From: a virus
Strand: one strand, 5' to 3'
IMG/VR virus record: IMGVR_UViG_3300025162_000024
Location: 60,319-124,318 of that record
DNA: 64,000 nt
Of this stretch, positions 9,458-18,354 are shown one piece after another. A model generated the notes under the pieces. That model was not told where the DNA came from. It worked only from the letters and a program-made list of their open reading frames with translations, and ran no database searches. Position numbers and translations under genes: made by a program. Position 1 is the first letter of the stretch. Each line of letters starts with the position of its first letter.

Positions 9458-9680
9458 CCGACCTCCTTGGGTAATCCGAATCCTCTGCGGCCTTGAGCAT
9501 AGCGGCGATCGTCGCCTTATCAACAGTCGCCTCCCCCTGCATCGACCTATGCCACTCAAAGCAATTCTCAGAGCAGCAGAGGAATACCCCGTATTGGTCT
9601 TTCAAGAGATCTCCACACACGGGGCAAGTCCGCAGCCTGCCCTTCTGAACCTTCGGCGTTAAACTGCTTCGCCCTCGCAT
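9387..9680 (-). CDS. zinc-ribbon hypothetical protein
   Basis: GGAGG SD; CPVCG...CCSENC. Confidence 0.6.
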   Translation of the reverse strand: MRGRSSLTPKVQKGRLRTCPVCGDLLKDQYGVFLCCSENCFEWHRSMQGEATVDKATIAAMLKAAEDSDYPRRSVGQELVSDVRWEDPFPPLPVLLQ

Positions 9681-9690
9681 AAACACCTCC

Positions 9691-10776
9691 TCAAGTCGCG
9701 GCCTCCTTGGACGGAGCAGCAAAGGATTTCATAACGCTGTCAGATACGCCCTTCGGACCTGCTGCCCTCGCTGCATCACGGTCTTCCGTACGCCGTGGGA
9801 TGATAACCCCAGGAAGTGGAGCATCGGGATCGTATGCCACATTCCAGAAATTATTCGTCCAGTAGCAGTCCCAGGCCAGCAGACAATGTACGTAAACTTC
9901 GTGCTTGCTCGGAAGGCGTTTACTCGCGGTATCTTTGCGGTCCTCCCTACGCTCGGATACAGCCTCCTCTTCAAGCCATCTTGCCAACTGGCGCGTAGCA
10001 CTGTGGAAGCTGCCGTGCTTCTTGTTCTGCACCAGACCCCAGAATTGGTTCAAGCTCTCTGTTCCGCGATGTCTATTCCAGGTGGCGAGCATAGCGGCCA
10101 CCACCCCCTCGCGAAGCATGTAATCTGGCCGCAAATAGGGCTTCGCCCAGACCATAAAGTCAACGAACTCGTGGCATAGACATGCTCGGTCCTCCTGTGA
10201 CATTGTTCGCCTTCCGCCACTGACGTTCATGTCGATTCCACCGGTCAGCGTGGTCATGACCTTGGCATTTGTGCCTCTGAGCTTGGGCTCCTTATCGAAC
10301 TCCGCTCTGTGCAGAATCTCCTGATCCTGCTTGGCCTCGAAGTTATGGCCGCGCTTCCTACCGCCTCGCTTACCCGGCTTCACAAGATCCGTCGGCTTCT
10401 CTGGCTCTGCGTCCTTTGCAGGAATCTCCAATTCCAGGACCTTCGCAGGCTTCGCCTTGACCTCTCCCGGTGCCAGTTTCTCTGGAGCCGGGGGAAGATC
10501 CAGTGCAAGATCATCTTTCGCTGGCTTGATCGACTCTCCCCCCACGGGATCTGCCGCGACCACAGGCCTAACCTCCTTGACCGGAGCGGGAAGCATAATA
10601 ACCTTCTGCTTGACCTCTTTCGCAGGGATCAGCGGAGCCTCACTCACAGGCTCCTTGCTCCAATCAAAGCCGCTGGCGAATGCAGAGAGGCCTATCTTAC
10701 CCTGGGCCACAGCGATACCGCCCGGGCCTCCTGCCACACTCAGCTCAATACCGTAAACTCCATTACTAGTTTCCAT
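9691..10776 (-). CDS. hypothetical protein with Pro/Lys/Glu-rich linker and helical C-terminal domain
   Basis: AGGAG SD before METSNG. Confidence 0.75.
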   Translation of the reverse strand: METSNGVYGIELSVAGGPGGIAVAQGKIGLSAFASGFDWSKEPVSEAPLIPAKEVKQKVIMLPAPVKEVRPVVAADPVGGESIKPAKDDLALDLPPAPEKLAPGEVKAKPAKVLELEIPAKDAEPEKPTDLVKPGKRGGRKRGHNFEAKQDQEILHRAEFDKEPKLRGTNAKVMTTLTGGIDMNVSGGRRTMSQEDRACLCHEFVDFMVWAKPYLRPDYMLREGVVAAMLATWNRHRGTESLNQFWGLVQNKKHGSFHSATRQLARWLEEEAVSERREDRKDTASKRLPSKHEVYVHCLLAWDCYWTNNFWNVAYDPDAPLPGVIIPRRTEDRDAARAAGPKGVSDSVMKSFAAPSKEAAT

Positions 10777-10786
10777 ACTCAATCTC

Positions 10787-11323
10787 CTACTTTCTGGTCT
10801 TCCAACCGGTACTGGCCAGCATCTCCATGGCCTGGCCGATCCCCTCACCCCGGAACCTCGAGGCGACCAGGGACATACAGGCCGTCACAAGATGGGCCGT
10901 CTCCTGCCCGAGCACTCTTCGATCAATCCGTTTAGCTCGGATCGTGCCTGGCGTGCACCTTACGATATACACGTGCTGCTGTTGGGCCCGGGTCAAAGAG
11001 GATAGGACATCCGAGGCATCGAACCGTCCCTGGCACTCACTGAACCTGTGGGGAAGGTGCTGGTGCATGGGGATCTCGCAGAGCTCGGCTGCCCCTATGA
11101 GATGGATACACGCGGCACCCACCGATTCCATGCCCGCCTCAGGCCCCCACCTGACAGCCTGTCCTATCTGGTACAAGCCTATCGCGAACCGGAGCAGGCT
11201 ACCCCCGCCATCCCAATCGCAGTACTGGCGGATCCACTCACAAGACTCAAGAACCAGATCGGGGTCAAACTGGTCCACTACGCACGCCGGGAAACTGCTG
11301 TTCTTGAACTCGGGGATCATCAA
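10787..11323 (-). CDS. hypothetical protein
   Basis: coupled to the thyX stop. Confidence 0.65.
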   Translation of the reverse strand: MMIPEFKNSSFPACVVDQFDPDLVLESCEWIRQYCDWDGGGSLLRFAIGLYQIGQAVRWGPEAGMESVGAACIHLIGAAELCEIPMHQHLPHRFSECQGRFDASDVLSSLTRAQQQHVYIVRCTPGTIRAKRIDRRVLGQETAHLVTACMSLVASRFRGEGIGQAMEMLASTGWKTRK

Positions 11324-12012
11324 ACGGCCACCGGAACGATGTCATCGAACAGTACGGGTACCGCGGCCTTGAACATGACAAGGGCCTTGCAGGCTAGGTC
11401 CCGCATCTGAGGATGAGCCGCAGTCGCTGTTCTCAGCGTGAAGAAGTGTCGCCACTCCCGCATATTCGCGGTCATCACAATCTCTGTCTTCAAACTATTG
11501 GGGAGCACTGAGCGAGCTTCCTGGGCTGTTGCTCCCTCTGCAATCAGCCTAAGATACTGCTTCTCGACGTACTGCATAGTCTCAAACCAGGTGTCGAATT
11601 TCACCTCATCCTTGCCTCCAGGACCGCGATCCATCCAGAACACGGGATCCACGTAGGTTACCTCGCCGCCGAATCCATCGCGGCTGTAGTTGCAGTACCG
11701 CGTGCTCTCCTGGCTATACGAATCGGGGGATGGATGAAACATGTCCTCGTGTTCATCGTGGATCGTGGCTACTCGGTGCCGGACCTGCTCGTGGGTCACA
11801 CCCCGGTCGGTGACGAACAGCATCGAGGCTGAGACATGCTCAATGACGCTGGCATGACCACTCTTCATGATTCTACGGACGAACTCCGCAGCACTATCTG
11901 CAGTGATCTTTGCCTCGCTCTTGTAGCAAGTTCGACCTGCCCGCTCGATCACCTGTAAGGCGTCGGCAGGCAACTCCTGAATCCACTTACACGACTGTTC
12001 GACAATCCTCAT
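11320..12012 (-). CDS. thyX: FAD-dependent thymidylate synthase
   Basis: IERAGRTCYKS, GHASVIEH, RGVTHEQVRHR, SQESTRY, ARSVLPNS, N.REWRHF..LR, AHPQMR. Confidence 0.95.
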   Translation of the reverse strand: MRIVEQSCKWIQELPADALQVIERAGRTCYKSEAKITADSAAEFVRRIMKSGHASVIEHVSASMLFVTDRGVTHEQVRHRVATIHDEHEDMFHPSPDSYSQESTRYCNYSRDGFGGEVTYVDPVFWMDRGPGGKDEVKFDTWFETMQYVEKQYLRLIAEGATAQEARSVLPNSLKTEIVMTANMREWRHFFTLRTATAAHPQMRDLACKALVMFKAAVPVLFDDIVPVAV

Positions 12013-12704
12013 AACTTAGTTTCCTCTTCATTAACAACTTCTGTGGGTACCCGATTTGGCGTCGTCTTACCTTCGCCAAACGAGCTTTCTCGACAGATTA
12101 AACCAACTGCCTGGGCATCCGGCCAACCTCGCCTACGTCTTGTGCATATCAATCTGCTATCAATCCCAGCCACTCTCGCCCACTGAGCTACAGTGCGGGT
12201 AAAGCCTCCTGCCGTAATCCAAACATTAGACCGCATGTTACTAGCCTGCTCAAACCGCGGAATCCACTTACAATTCGAAGGCTCATAATCCCCGTTAACA
12301 TCTACTCGCTCAAGAGAATAACCAGAAGGACGCGGTCCCATGTCCTTGATGAAACTGTTAAATGTCTGCCACCGATCGCATACTTTTATACCGCGGCCGC
12401 CGTACCACTTAAAAACGGCACAAGAGATGTTGGAGCACCTGTGTTTCATCGCTGCCCAAATTGAGTGAGTTGGAGTGCGGCTCAGCCCGAGCTGACTACG
12501 CCCCGCTCCACGGCATCCGCAAGAAGACGTGTGACCATTTCTAAGATGACCCTGCAGCACCTCTACGACGTTGCCACACTTGCAGTGGCACACCCACTGC
12601 TTCTTAACGTTCTTCTTATACGGTACAAGCGAGACAACAGTCAACTCTCCGAAGAGCTGTCCAGTGAGGTCTGCCCCTCTCGTGATTGATCTACTAGATG
12701 CCAA
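12009..12704 (-). CDS. HNH-type free-standing (homing) endonuclease
   Basis: DLTGQLFGELTV, CHCKCGN, SCGC, W..MK.RC, YGGRGIKVCDRW, DMGPRP.GYSLERVDVNGDYEPSNCKW; appears less GC-rich than flanks. Confidence 0.85.
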   Translation of the reverse strand: MASSRSITRGADLTGQLFGELTVVSLVPYKKNVKKQWVCHCKCGNVVEVLQGHLRNGHTSSCGCRGAGRSQLGLSRTPTHSIWAAMKHRCSNISCAVFKWYGGRGIKVCDRWQTFNSFIKDMGPRPSGYSLERVDVNGDYEPSNCKWIPRFEQASNMRSNVWITAGGFTRTVAQWARVAGIDSRLICTRRRRGWPDAQAVGLICRESSFGEGKTTPNRVPTEVVNEEETKL

Positions 12705-12743
12705 TTATGTCAATCTCCAGTCAGAATCTCTCGCATCGCATTG

Positions 12744-12959
12744 TCATACGGTTCCATCAGATACATCAGTCTGCATCCTCCTAATAAAGACCTCAGTCGG
12801 CCACTCACTGTACGGATCACACTCCCACTCGTCCAGGGGCGGACACGGGCAGTCTGCTACGTGCCCCCCGTGGATCAGGCATAGGAAGTCGTCACACTGA
12901 TCGCACCGGACCCAGGCAGCCTGGGCCTGGGTCCGGGTTAGAACTCGATCTCGGCTCAC
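12744..12959 (-). CDS. small Cys-rich protein
   Basis: CDQCDDFLCLIHGGHVADCPCP. Confidence 0.6.
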   Translation of the reverse strand: MSRDRVLTRTQAQAAWVRCDQCDDFLCLIHGGHVADCPCPPLDEWECDPYSEWPTEVFIRRMQTDVSDGTV

Positions 12960-13369
12960 TCCTGGCCGCCGACGAGGACCCCGCACTTGTGGGGTGTGCC
13001 ACCGTTCTCGGAGATCAGCTGCGGACTATCCAGCAAGTCTGAGAACAACCGTCGACTTGTACTGGCCCCGATGAACACACCTGCTTCGCTGATCTCTACC
13101 ACACGACATCTACCGATATCAGGGTAGATAATCTCGCACGTGCCAAGGTCCGGGAACGTCTCGAGCGTGTACGGAACCCACTTGGCGGGTTCCGGCTTGT
13201 TCCGTAGGCTTGTCTCAAAGAAGTAATTCCAGGTCAGCTCACCGGTTACACTGCTCCTGTACTCCACAAAATACGTGGTCTTCTCTGCCAACCGGGTGAA
13301 CCCAGCAAGAGTCACGTCCATCCACTGGTCGTTCCTCTTCATCTGAATCGGCTTGGTCGTATCAATCAT
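12956..13369 (-). CDS. hypothetical protein
   Basis: AAGGAG SD; MIDTTKPIQ...LRNKPEP. Confidence 0.7.
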   Translation of the reverse strand: MIDTTKPIQMKRNDQWMDVTLAGFTRLAEKTTYFVEYRSSVTGELTWNYFFETSLRNKPEPAKWVPYTLETFPDLGTCEIIYPDIGRCRVVEISEAGVFIGASTSRRLFSDLLDSPQLISENGGTPHKCGVLVGGQE

Positions 13370-13400
13370 CTCTCGATCTCCTTTTGTTCGTCGTTTACCG

Positions 13401-15134
13401 TTAGCTAGGCTTGTTCACATAGAGCTGCTTGGAACCTGACCACGTACCTGACGTGAACCAGACTTGATCCCCACCGTATTTGGCGTCAACCCGGGAGACA
13501 ACCATCTGGTACGGATCCAAACTCCTGGAGGAGGGCCTGAACCAGAGGGTATCCCCTATGTTGAACCGGCCGTCGGCACACTCATACTGACCCTGCTTCT
13601 TCTTCGGCTGGATAGGCTTGTTCACGTACAGATGTGAGGGTGTTGCGTACGTCCCCTCGGTCAGCCAAACCCTGCGACCACATTCCATGTCTTCTACCCG
13701 CTCTACAACCACTTCTTCTGGATCCTTGTCAGGTTGGCTGTAGTCGAACCACAGGGTGTCACCCAGGTCAAATCGGCCATCGGCACACTCGTACTGCCCG
13801 TTCTTCTTCTTAGACTTGAGCTTGGTCAACTCCTCCTGCAGCTCGTCGATCTGGCTGATCCGCTCATGGGCATCATCCACCAGCTCATCGGCATCATCCT
13901 CCAGCTGCTTGATCTTCTCGCTCTTGGTCACAAGTGTGTCCTTGAGCTCCATGACCTGAGTCTGCAGCTGGGTGATAGTCTGGGCCTGCCGGTTGACCTT
14001 GCCCTGGAGGCCGCGGACCACCTCGTTCTCGCCCCGAATCTTCTGGGTCAGATCGTTGATCTGCACATGCTGCTCCAGATCAGACTTCTGGAACTCAGCG
14101 ATCGTCTTGTACTGCTCAGAGTGCATGCGGTCAAGACTCTCGATCTCCTTGGCCTGCCTGGCGTTTTCATCCTTGAGCCTGCTTACGTGCAGCTCACAGG
14201 TGATCCCCGATGGTGGGTCTATCGCCTTGACCAGCTTGGCCAAGACCTCTGAATCTGGAGTCAAGCTTGGCGACGTCCACCGAACGCTGATATCCCCAGT
14301 GATCACCAACGGTGCAGAATCCGGGCACGACGCATACCGCCCAGCCGGCTGCCACCGGCTAAGTATTTCCTGGGCCTCCCGCACCGAGAGCGGCTGACAG
14401 TCCCAGAGGATGCAGTCCTTTTCCGAGACGGGTACCTTGATCCCTTCAGGGACCAGCGTCTCGTGATACCCACGGGTGGCCGGGAACTCGTAGATCCGGC
14501 CAGTCTCCTTGTTCTGATACCAGCGAACTGCTTCGGTCCATGTCCGGCGGATGGCCTGGGCCTGAGCAGGGGTGATACTGAAGCAATTGTGGTCCGCCTT
14601 GACCTCCTGCTCAGTGGACGACGACTGGCACCCGTCCGTTCGATACGAGCGGCTGTAGTGAACGCCCTTAGGATACTCCCAGATAAACATCAGCCCATCA
14701 CTGGAGTAGAACCTGGGCTCTTCCTTCGGCCGGAAGTCGCCGGGGCCCAGCTGCTTGTGGCCATTCTTGATGCAGTCAAACTCGGTCCATGAGGTGCCAC
14801 CCCCGTTGATCTCGCCAGTCTTATCGTCACAGAACCTGGCGTCCGGATATTTCCGAACGTACCCGCTCTCTTCCGCGTACCACCGTACCGGCTCGGACCA
14901 CGATCGCCGAACGGCCTGAGCCTGCTCCTGGGTAATCCGGAAGACACCGGAGTAGCCCAGTACGGTCTGTTCGGAGATCGCACTGCTCGTGTAATCAGCA
15001 CTGTAGGCGTTCGCAGCCGGGTACTCCCAGACGTACGCCAGGCTCTTGCAGGTATAGAACCGCGGCTCTTCTCTGTGCTTGAGCACGCTAACCACGCAGC
15101 AGCCATTTCCACAATTGCAATCACTTTTAGCCAT
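13401..15134 (-). CDS. RWY-repeat family protein (4 repeats, long coiled coil, duplicated GQYECADGRF domain)
   Basis: AAGGAG SD before MAKSDC; repeats and tandem C-terminal domain visible. Confidence 0.88.
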   Translation of the reverse strand: MAKSDCNCGNGCCVVSVLKHREEPRFYTCKSLAYVWEYPAANAYSADYTSSAISEQTVLGYSGVFRITQEQAQAVRRSWSEPVRWYAEESGYVRKYPDARFCDDKTGEINGGGTSWTEFDCIKNGHKQLGPGDFRPKEEPRFYSSDGLMFIWEYPKGVHYSRSYRTDGCQSSSTEQEVKADHNCFSITPAQAQAIRRTWTEAVRWYQNKETGRIYEFPATRGYHETLVPEGIKVPVSEKDCILWDCQPLSVREAQEILSRWQPAGRYASCPDSAPLVITGDISVRWTSPSLTPDSEVLAKLVKAIDPPSGITCELHVSRLKDENARQAKEIESLDRMHSEQYKTIAEFQKSDLEQHVQINDLTQKIRGENEVVRGLQGKVNRQAQTITQLQTQVMELKDTLVTKSEKIKQLEDDADELVDDAHERISQIDELQEELTKLKSKKKNGQYECADGRFDLGDTLWFDYSQPDKDPEEVVVERVEDMECGRRVWLTEGTYATPSHLYVNKPIQPKKKQGQYECADGRFNIGDTLWFRPSSRSLDPYQMVVSRVDAKYGGDQVWFTSGTWSGSKQLYVNKPS

Positions 15135-15162
15135 TTTCTTCTCCTTTTGGGTTGAATCACTT

Positions 15163-15477
15163 CTAGTACGGACGATCCTCGTCCTCCCACGGTAGGTCAT
15201 CAACAGCCTCTCCCGCATCCCACTCCAGGCCCCTGCTCATAGCCCGAGGCTCGCTATCCTCCGTCTGCCCCATGTTCAGAGTCTCGCACAGCTCGTCTAT
15301 CTCCTCATCGGTCGGCAGGCTGAGCTCCTCATCCGTGAAATACATCTGGACCATTTCATCGCAGAGCATGTCGCCCCGAAGATCCTGAAACATCCTGAGA
15401 GACATGAGCACAGTAGCCAACAGCTTAGGACTGAGCTTTACTGGCTTGTCCTTTCCTACTTGAACCTTAGTCGACAT
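15163..15477 (-). CDS. phage hypothetical protein
   Basis: AAGGAGG SD; LATVL..LR.FQ...EIDELCETLN. Confidence 0.7.
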   Translation of the reverse strand: MSTKVQVGKDKPVKLSPKLLATVLMSLRMFQDLRGDMLCDEMVQMYFTDEELSLPTDEEIDELCETLNMGQTEDSEPRAMSRGLEWDAGEAVDDLPWEDEDRPY

Positions 15478-15742
15478 CTTCGACCTCCTTTGGCATCCAG
15501 ACCCATGCTTGGACCCACGTACCGTGTGGTGCTACGCTGAACGCTGCGTCCTCGTCGATCTCCAGGTTGTCATCGCTCGGATCGGCATAGACCCGGGTGG
15601 CCAGCTCCCTGAGTGCCCGGTCAGCTCGGCTCCGCATAGACCTGTGCTCATTGTTCAGCCTGCGGACGATACCCTCGAACCCGAATGAGGCTAATGCCTG
15701 CTGGACGCCCTCGTACTCTTTGGGGTCAATCCTGATCCACAT
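15467..15742 (-). CDS. phage hypothetical protein
   Basis: LEIDEDA..S...GTWVQAWVW motif. Confidence 0.65.
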   Translation of the reverse strand: MWIRIDPKEYEGVQQALASFGFEGIVRRLNNEHRSMRSRADRALRELATRVYADPSDDNLEIDEDAAFSVAPHGTWVQAWVWMPKEVEDVD

Positions 15743-16253
15743 CCTGATCCCCCCAAAGACGATGGTACGCCGCTCGGAGGTATCCGCTGGCATCCATGAG
15801 TTCGGCGGAAACACAACCGCAAACAAGGCTGAGAGACGACTCATCCTTACACGACGTTACGCACACCACGTCATTTCCGTCGCAGAATATCCGGATGTGC
15901 TCATCGTGCTCGAAGCCGATGTTGTCAGCAACCTCTTCCCTCGCCATCTTCAAGGCATTGAGCGCATCTCGCTGGGTTGCGTATTCCGCTCGGAGCATAG
16001 CCGCACACCCTAACTTTTCCTTGGGCTTGCTCAGGTCGAAGTAGGTCCCGCCCTGCTCCTCGCAATACTTTTTCATCTTGTCCACGTACCGCTGGGCATC
16101 GGCAATCACCCTATCGTGCTGTACCTCCAGATCACGGTTGAGAGTGCGGAACGCAGTCATCATAGCACTGCGAAGTCCAACGTCGCTGTCCTGCCCGCCA
16201 AGCGGAAAAAGTACCCGGCTAAGCTGGTACTCGAACTCTTCTTGTGTCAGCAT
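15726..16253 (-). CDS. hypothetical protein
   Basis: AAGGAG SD. Confidence 0.65.
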   Translation of the reverse strand: MLTQEEFEYQLSRVLFPLGGQDSDVGLRSAMMTAFRTLNRDLEVQHDRVIADAQRYVDKMKKYCEEQGGTYFDLSKPKEKLGCAAMLRAEYATQRDALNALKMAREEVADNIGFEHDEHIRIFCDGNDVVCVTSCKDESSLSLVCGCVSAELMDASGYLRAAYHRLWGDQDVDQD

Positions 16254-16265
16254 CTTCGTCTCCTT

Positions 16266-17162
16266 TTAATTGACCGAACCAGGTTCTACGTAGAACTTCC
16301 GATACAGATCGGCATCCGAGTTCATCCAGGTCCACAAGACCTGAAGATCATCGTCCTTCTGGTACTCTTTGGGTATCTCCTGATGCCCTGTGCCGATCCC
16401 GCCCCGCCCGGGCATCCCCTTGATCCCCACGGCCGATGGGACCTGCGAAGGCCTCCAGATGGTTCCACCCGTCGCCCAAATACGCAGGTCGACAAACGGA
16501 TTATCCCCGTCCAATGACTCTCTCAGCGCCCTGTACTTCTCTGGCCTCAGCCCTGTTTGGCACAGACTGGCATGCCCCAGGTTGTCATGGATGAAATACC
16601 GGCGGGCTGCAACGTTGTAGTAGTGGGCTAGACCTTCACCGGCCAGCTCGTGATCGTACAAGGCACATGCCATCAGATCCAGGTAGTTCGGAGAGTAGTA
16701 GTCGTCATCCTCTATGAACAGGGTGGCCTCCCCCTGCAACACCCCGGGCTCGAACGCTGCCCTGAGGTTGGCACACAGGGTATGGCCCTCTCCCGGGGCC
16801 CGGCGTACCACCTGCTGGACAAAATGGGTGTGAGTCTCCTTGCGTCCGTCGTCGACCACCACCCACTGGATCTTCCCCTTATACGATTGGTGGTACATCC
16901 AGAGCTCGCACAGGTCGAAGGCCGTCGGACGATCACCGGTACACGTCAGCAGCGTCAAACTCTTCAACTGCCTGCTCTGATCAATGACCGGCTTGGAGAC
17001 AAGTTTGATATGGGCGTCCTGGGCCATCCTTGTGAGCTGGGCGGCCACCGAGTTGTACTCCATGCCCTTGAGCAACCCGGTCAACGCCTGCCTCAACCTC
17101 GGGTCAGGATTCTTCATCTCGGGGAGCTTCTGGAGCAAAGCTTCAGTCTCCTTCTGATTCAT
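16266..17162 (-). CDS. GT-A fold glycosyltransferase (GT2-like)
   Basis: LTCTGDRP, QSY, WVVVDDG, FIEDDDYYSPNYL. Confidence 0.8.
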   Translation of the reverse strand: MNQKETEALLQKLPEMKNPDPRLRQALTGLLKGMEYNSVAAQLTRMAQDAHIKLVSKPVIDQSRQLKSLTLLTCTGDRPTAFDLCELWMYHQSYKGKIQWVVVDDGRKETHTHFVQQVVRRAPGEGHTLCANLRAAFEPGVLQGEATLFIEDDDYYSPNYLDLMACALYDHELAGEGLAHYYNVAARRYFIHDNLGHASLCQTGLRPEKYRALRESLDGDNPFVDLRIWATGGTIWRPSQVPSAVGIKGMPGRGGIGTGHQEIPKEYQKDDDLQVLWTWMNSDADLYRKFYVEPGSVN

Positions 17163-17953
17163 CTCAAAAGCTCCTTGTACTTCGATTGGGTCAGTCTAAG
17201 CGAGAATCGCAGAGCACTATGATCGACGACCGTCGCGGCCCTATCCAAGTCCTCCATCTCACTCATCTTCCTCTGGTGTTCGGAGTCTGCGACATCCGGA
17301 CGACCTCGGGCCGCTTTGGCCCCGAACTCCGCCCTCGACTTCGTCCAGTAGTGGTTGATCGCCATTCGCGAATAGCATACGGGACTAACCAGAGGACCGG
17401 TGCACGGGGTTAGCCCGGTGTCCACCGCCAGCCGGCTCTCAGTATACGAAAACGAGTGGATGCCCACGCCGTTCGGGCAGACGCATTCTGGGCGAACCAA
17501 GCTCTTTACGTGCTGGCACACCGGATTCGAGTCAGGCACACGCATCACATAGTTATCCATCACCAACCCTGGCGGTTTAACCGGGTGCCCAGAACTCCCA
17601 AACATCTTCCAATGGAGGCAGATCCCAACCTGGTCCTCGAACGGACTGAGATCAAGGCGATCGCCCTCCTGGGGGATGATGAACTCATCGGCATCGATCA
17701 CAGCAAGCCACCGGGTATTCCCCCGGGCCCGCATCAGTCCGTCACGGTAGACGGGCCTCTGCTGGACCCTGCCCGGCCAATCGATGAGCTCATAGAACTC
17801 CTTGAACGGCTCCAGGGCCCGGCACAAATCGTCAGAACTCTCGTTATTGAAAATATAGAAATGATCGACACCCAGCAGTAGATGATGGACCAGCCATTCC
17901 CTAAGGTACGGAGCTTCGTCCTTGACCATGACCAGCACAGATAAGTTGTACGT
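17159..17953 (-). CDS. glycosyltransferase, GT92/GT2_4-like; start inferred at ACG 17953
   Basis: KDEAPYLREWL.HHLLLGVDHFYIFNNES.D, WLAVIDADEFI, INHYWTKS; AGGAGG 4 nt before ACG. Confidence 0.8.
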   Translation of the reverse strand, partial: TYNLSVLVMVKDEAPYLREWLVHHLLLGVDHFYIFNNESSDDLCRALEPFKEFYELIDWPGRVQQRPVYRDGLMRARGNTRWLAVIDADEFIIPQEGDRLDLSPFEDQVGICLHWKMFGSSGHPVKPPGLVMDNYVMRVPDSNPVCQHVKSLVRPECVCPNGVGIHSFSYTESRLAVDTGLTPCTGPLVSPVCYSRMAINHYWTKSRAEFGAKAARGRPDVADSEHQRKMSEMEDLDRAATVVDHSALRFSLRLTQSKYKELLR

Positions 17954-17965
17954 ACGCCCTCCTGT

Positions 17966-18079
17966 TCACAGATCGAGGATCACGTTGTTCACGTCACCCT
18001 CTGGATCGAAAAACACATCGGCAAAGTCCTCTGGGTATATGGAGTCCGCACACGGATTTTGTGGGAAATGCGTGGCCAT
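17966..18079 (-). CDS. 37-aa acidic peptide / possible leader ORF
   Basis: MATHFPQNPCADSIYPEDFADVFFDPEGDVNNVILDL; same frame as the downstream glycosyltransferase. Confidence 0.4.
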   Translation of the reverse strand: MATHFPQNPCADSIYPEDFADVFFDPEGDVNNVILDL

Positions 18080-18182
18080 CCCTCCAGGTTACCCCAGGGG
18101 GCTCCTACTAACCTGGGGGGTCCCCGGCCGACCTGAGAACCCCCCTGGACCAGACCATGGCCACCGCAGGAGCGGCGCAAGC

Positions 18183-18341
18183 TTACCACCACATGCGGCA
18201 TATCCCGTAGACCATGCAGACGATGACCGCGGCCACCACGGCCATCCCCACCCACAGGCCCAGGGCGTGACACATCTCTTCGAGAAGTGTCCGCCTTGGC
18301 CCCATGACCGAGGCTACTTGCTCATCTCTTTTTTTAGCCAT
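18183..18341 (-). CDS. 52-aa single-TM membrane protein
   Basis: GGAGG SD; LGLWVGMAVVAAVIVCMVYGIC. Confidence 0.6.
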   Translation of the reverse strand: MAKKRDEQVASVMGPRRTLLEEMCHALGLWVGMAVVAAVIVCMVYGICRMWW

Positions 18342-18354
18342 TGGCCTCCGGCGA

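Noticed and set aside
11320-12704. Group I intron carrying the HNH gene inside thyX
   Set aside because: thyX is complete and contiguous; the HNH ORF lies wholly upstream.
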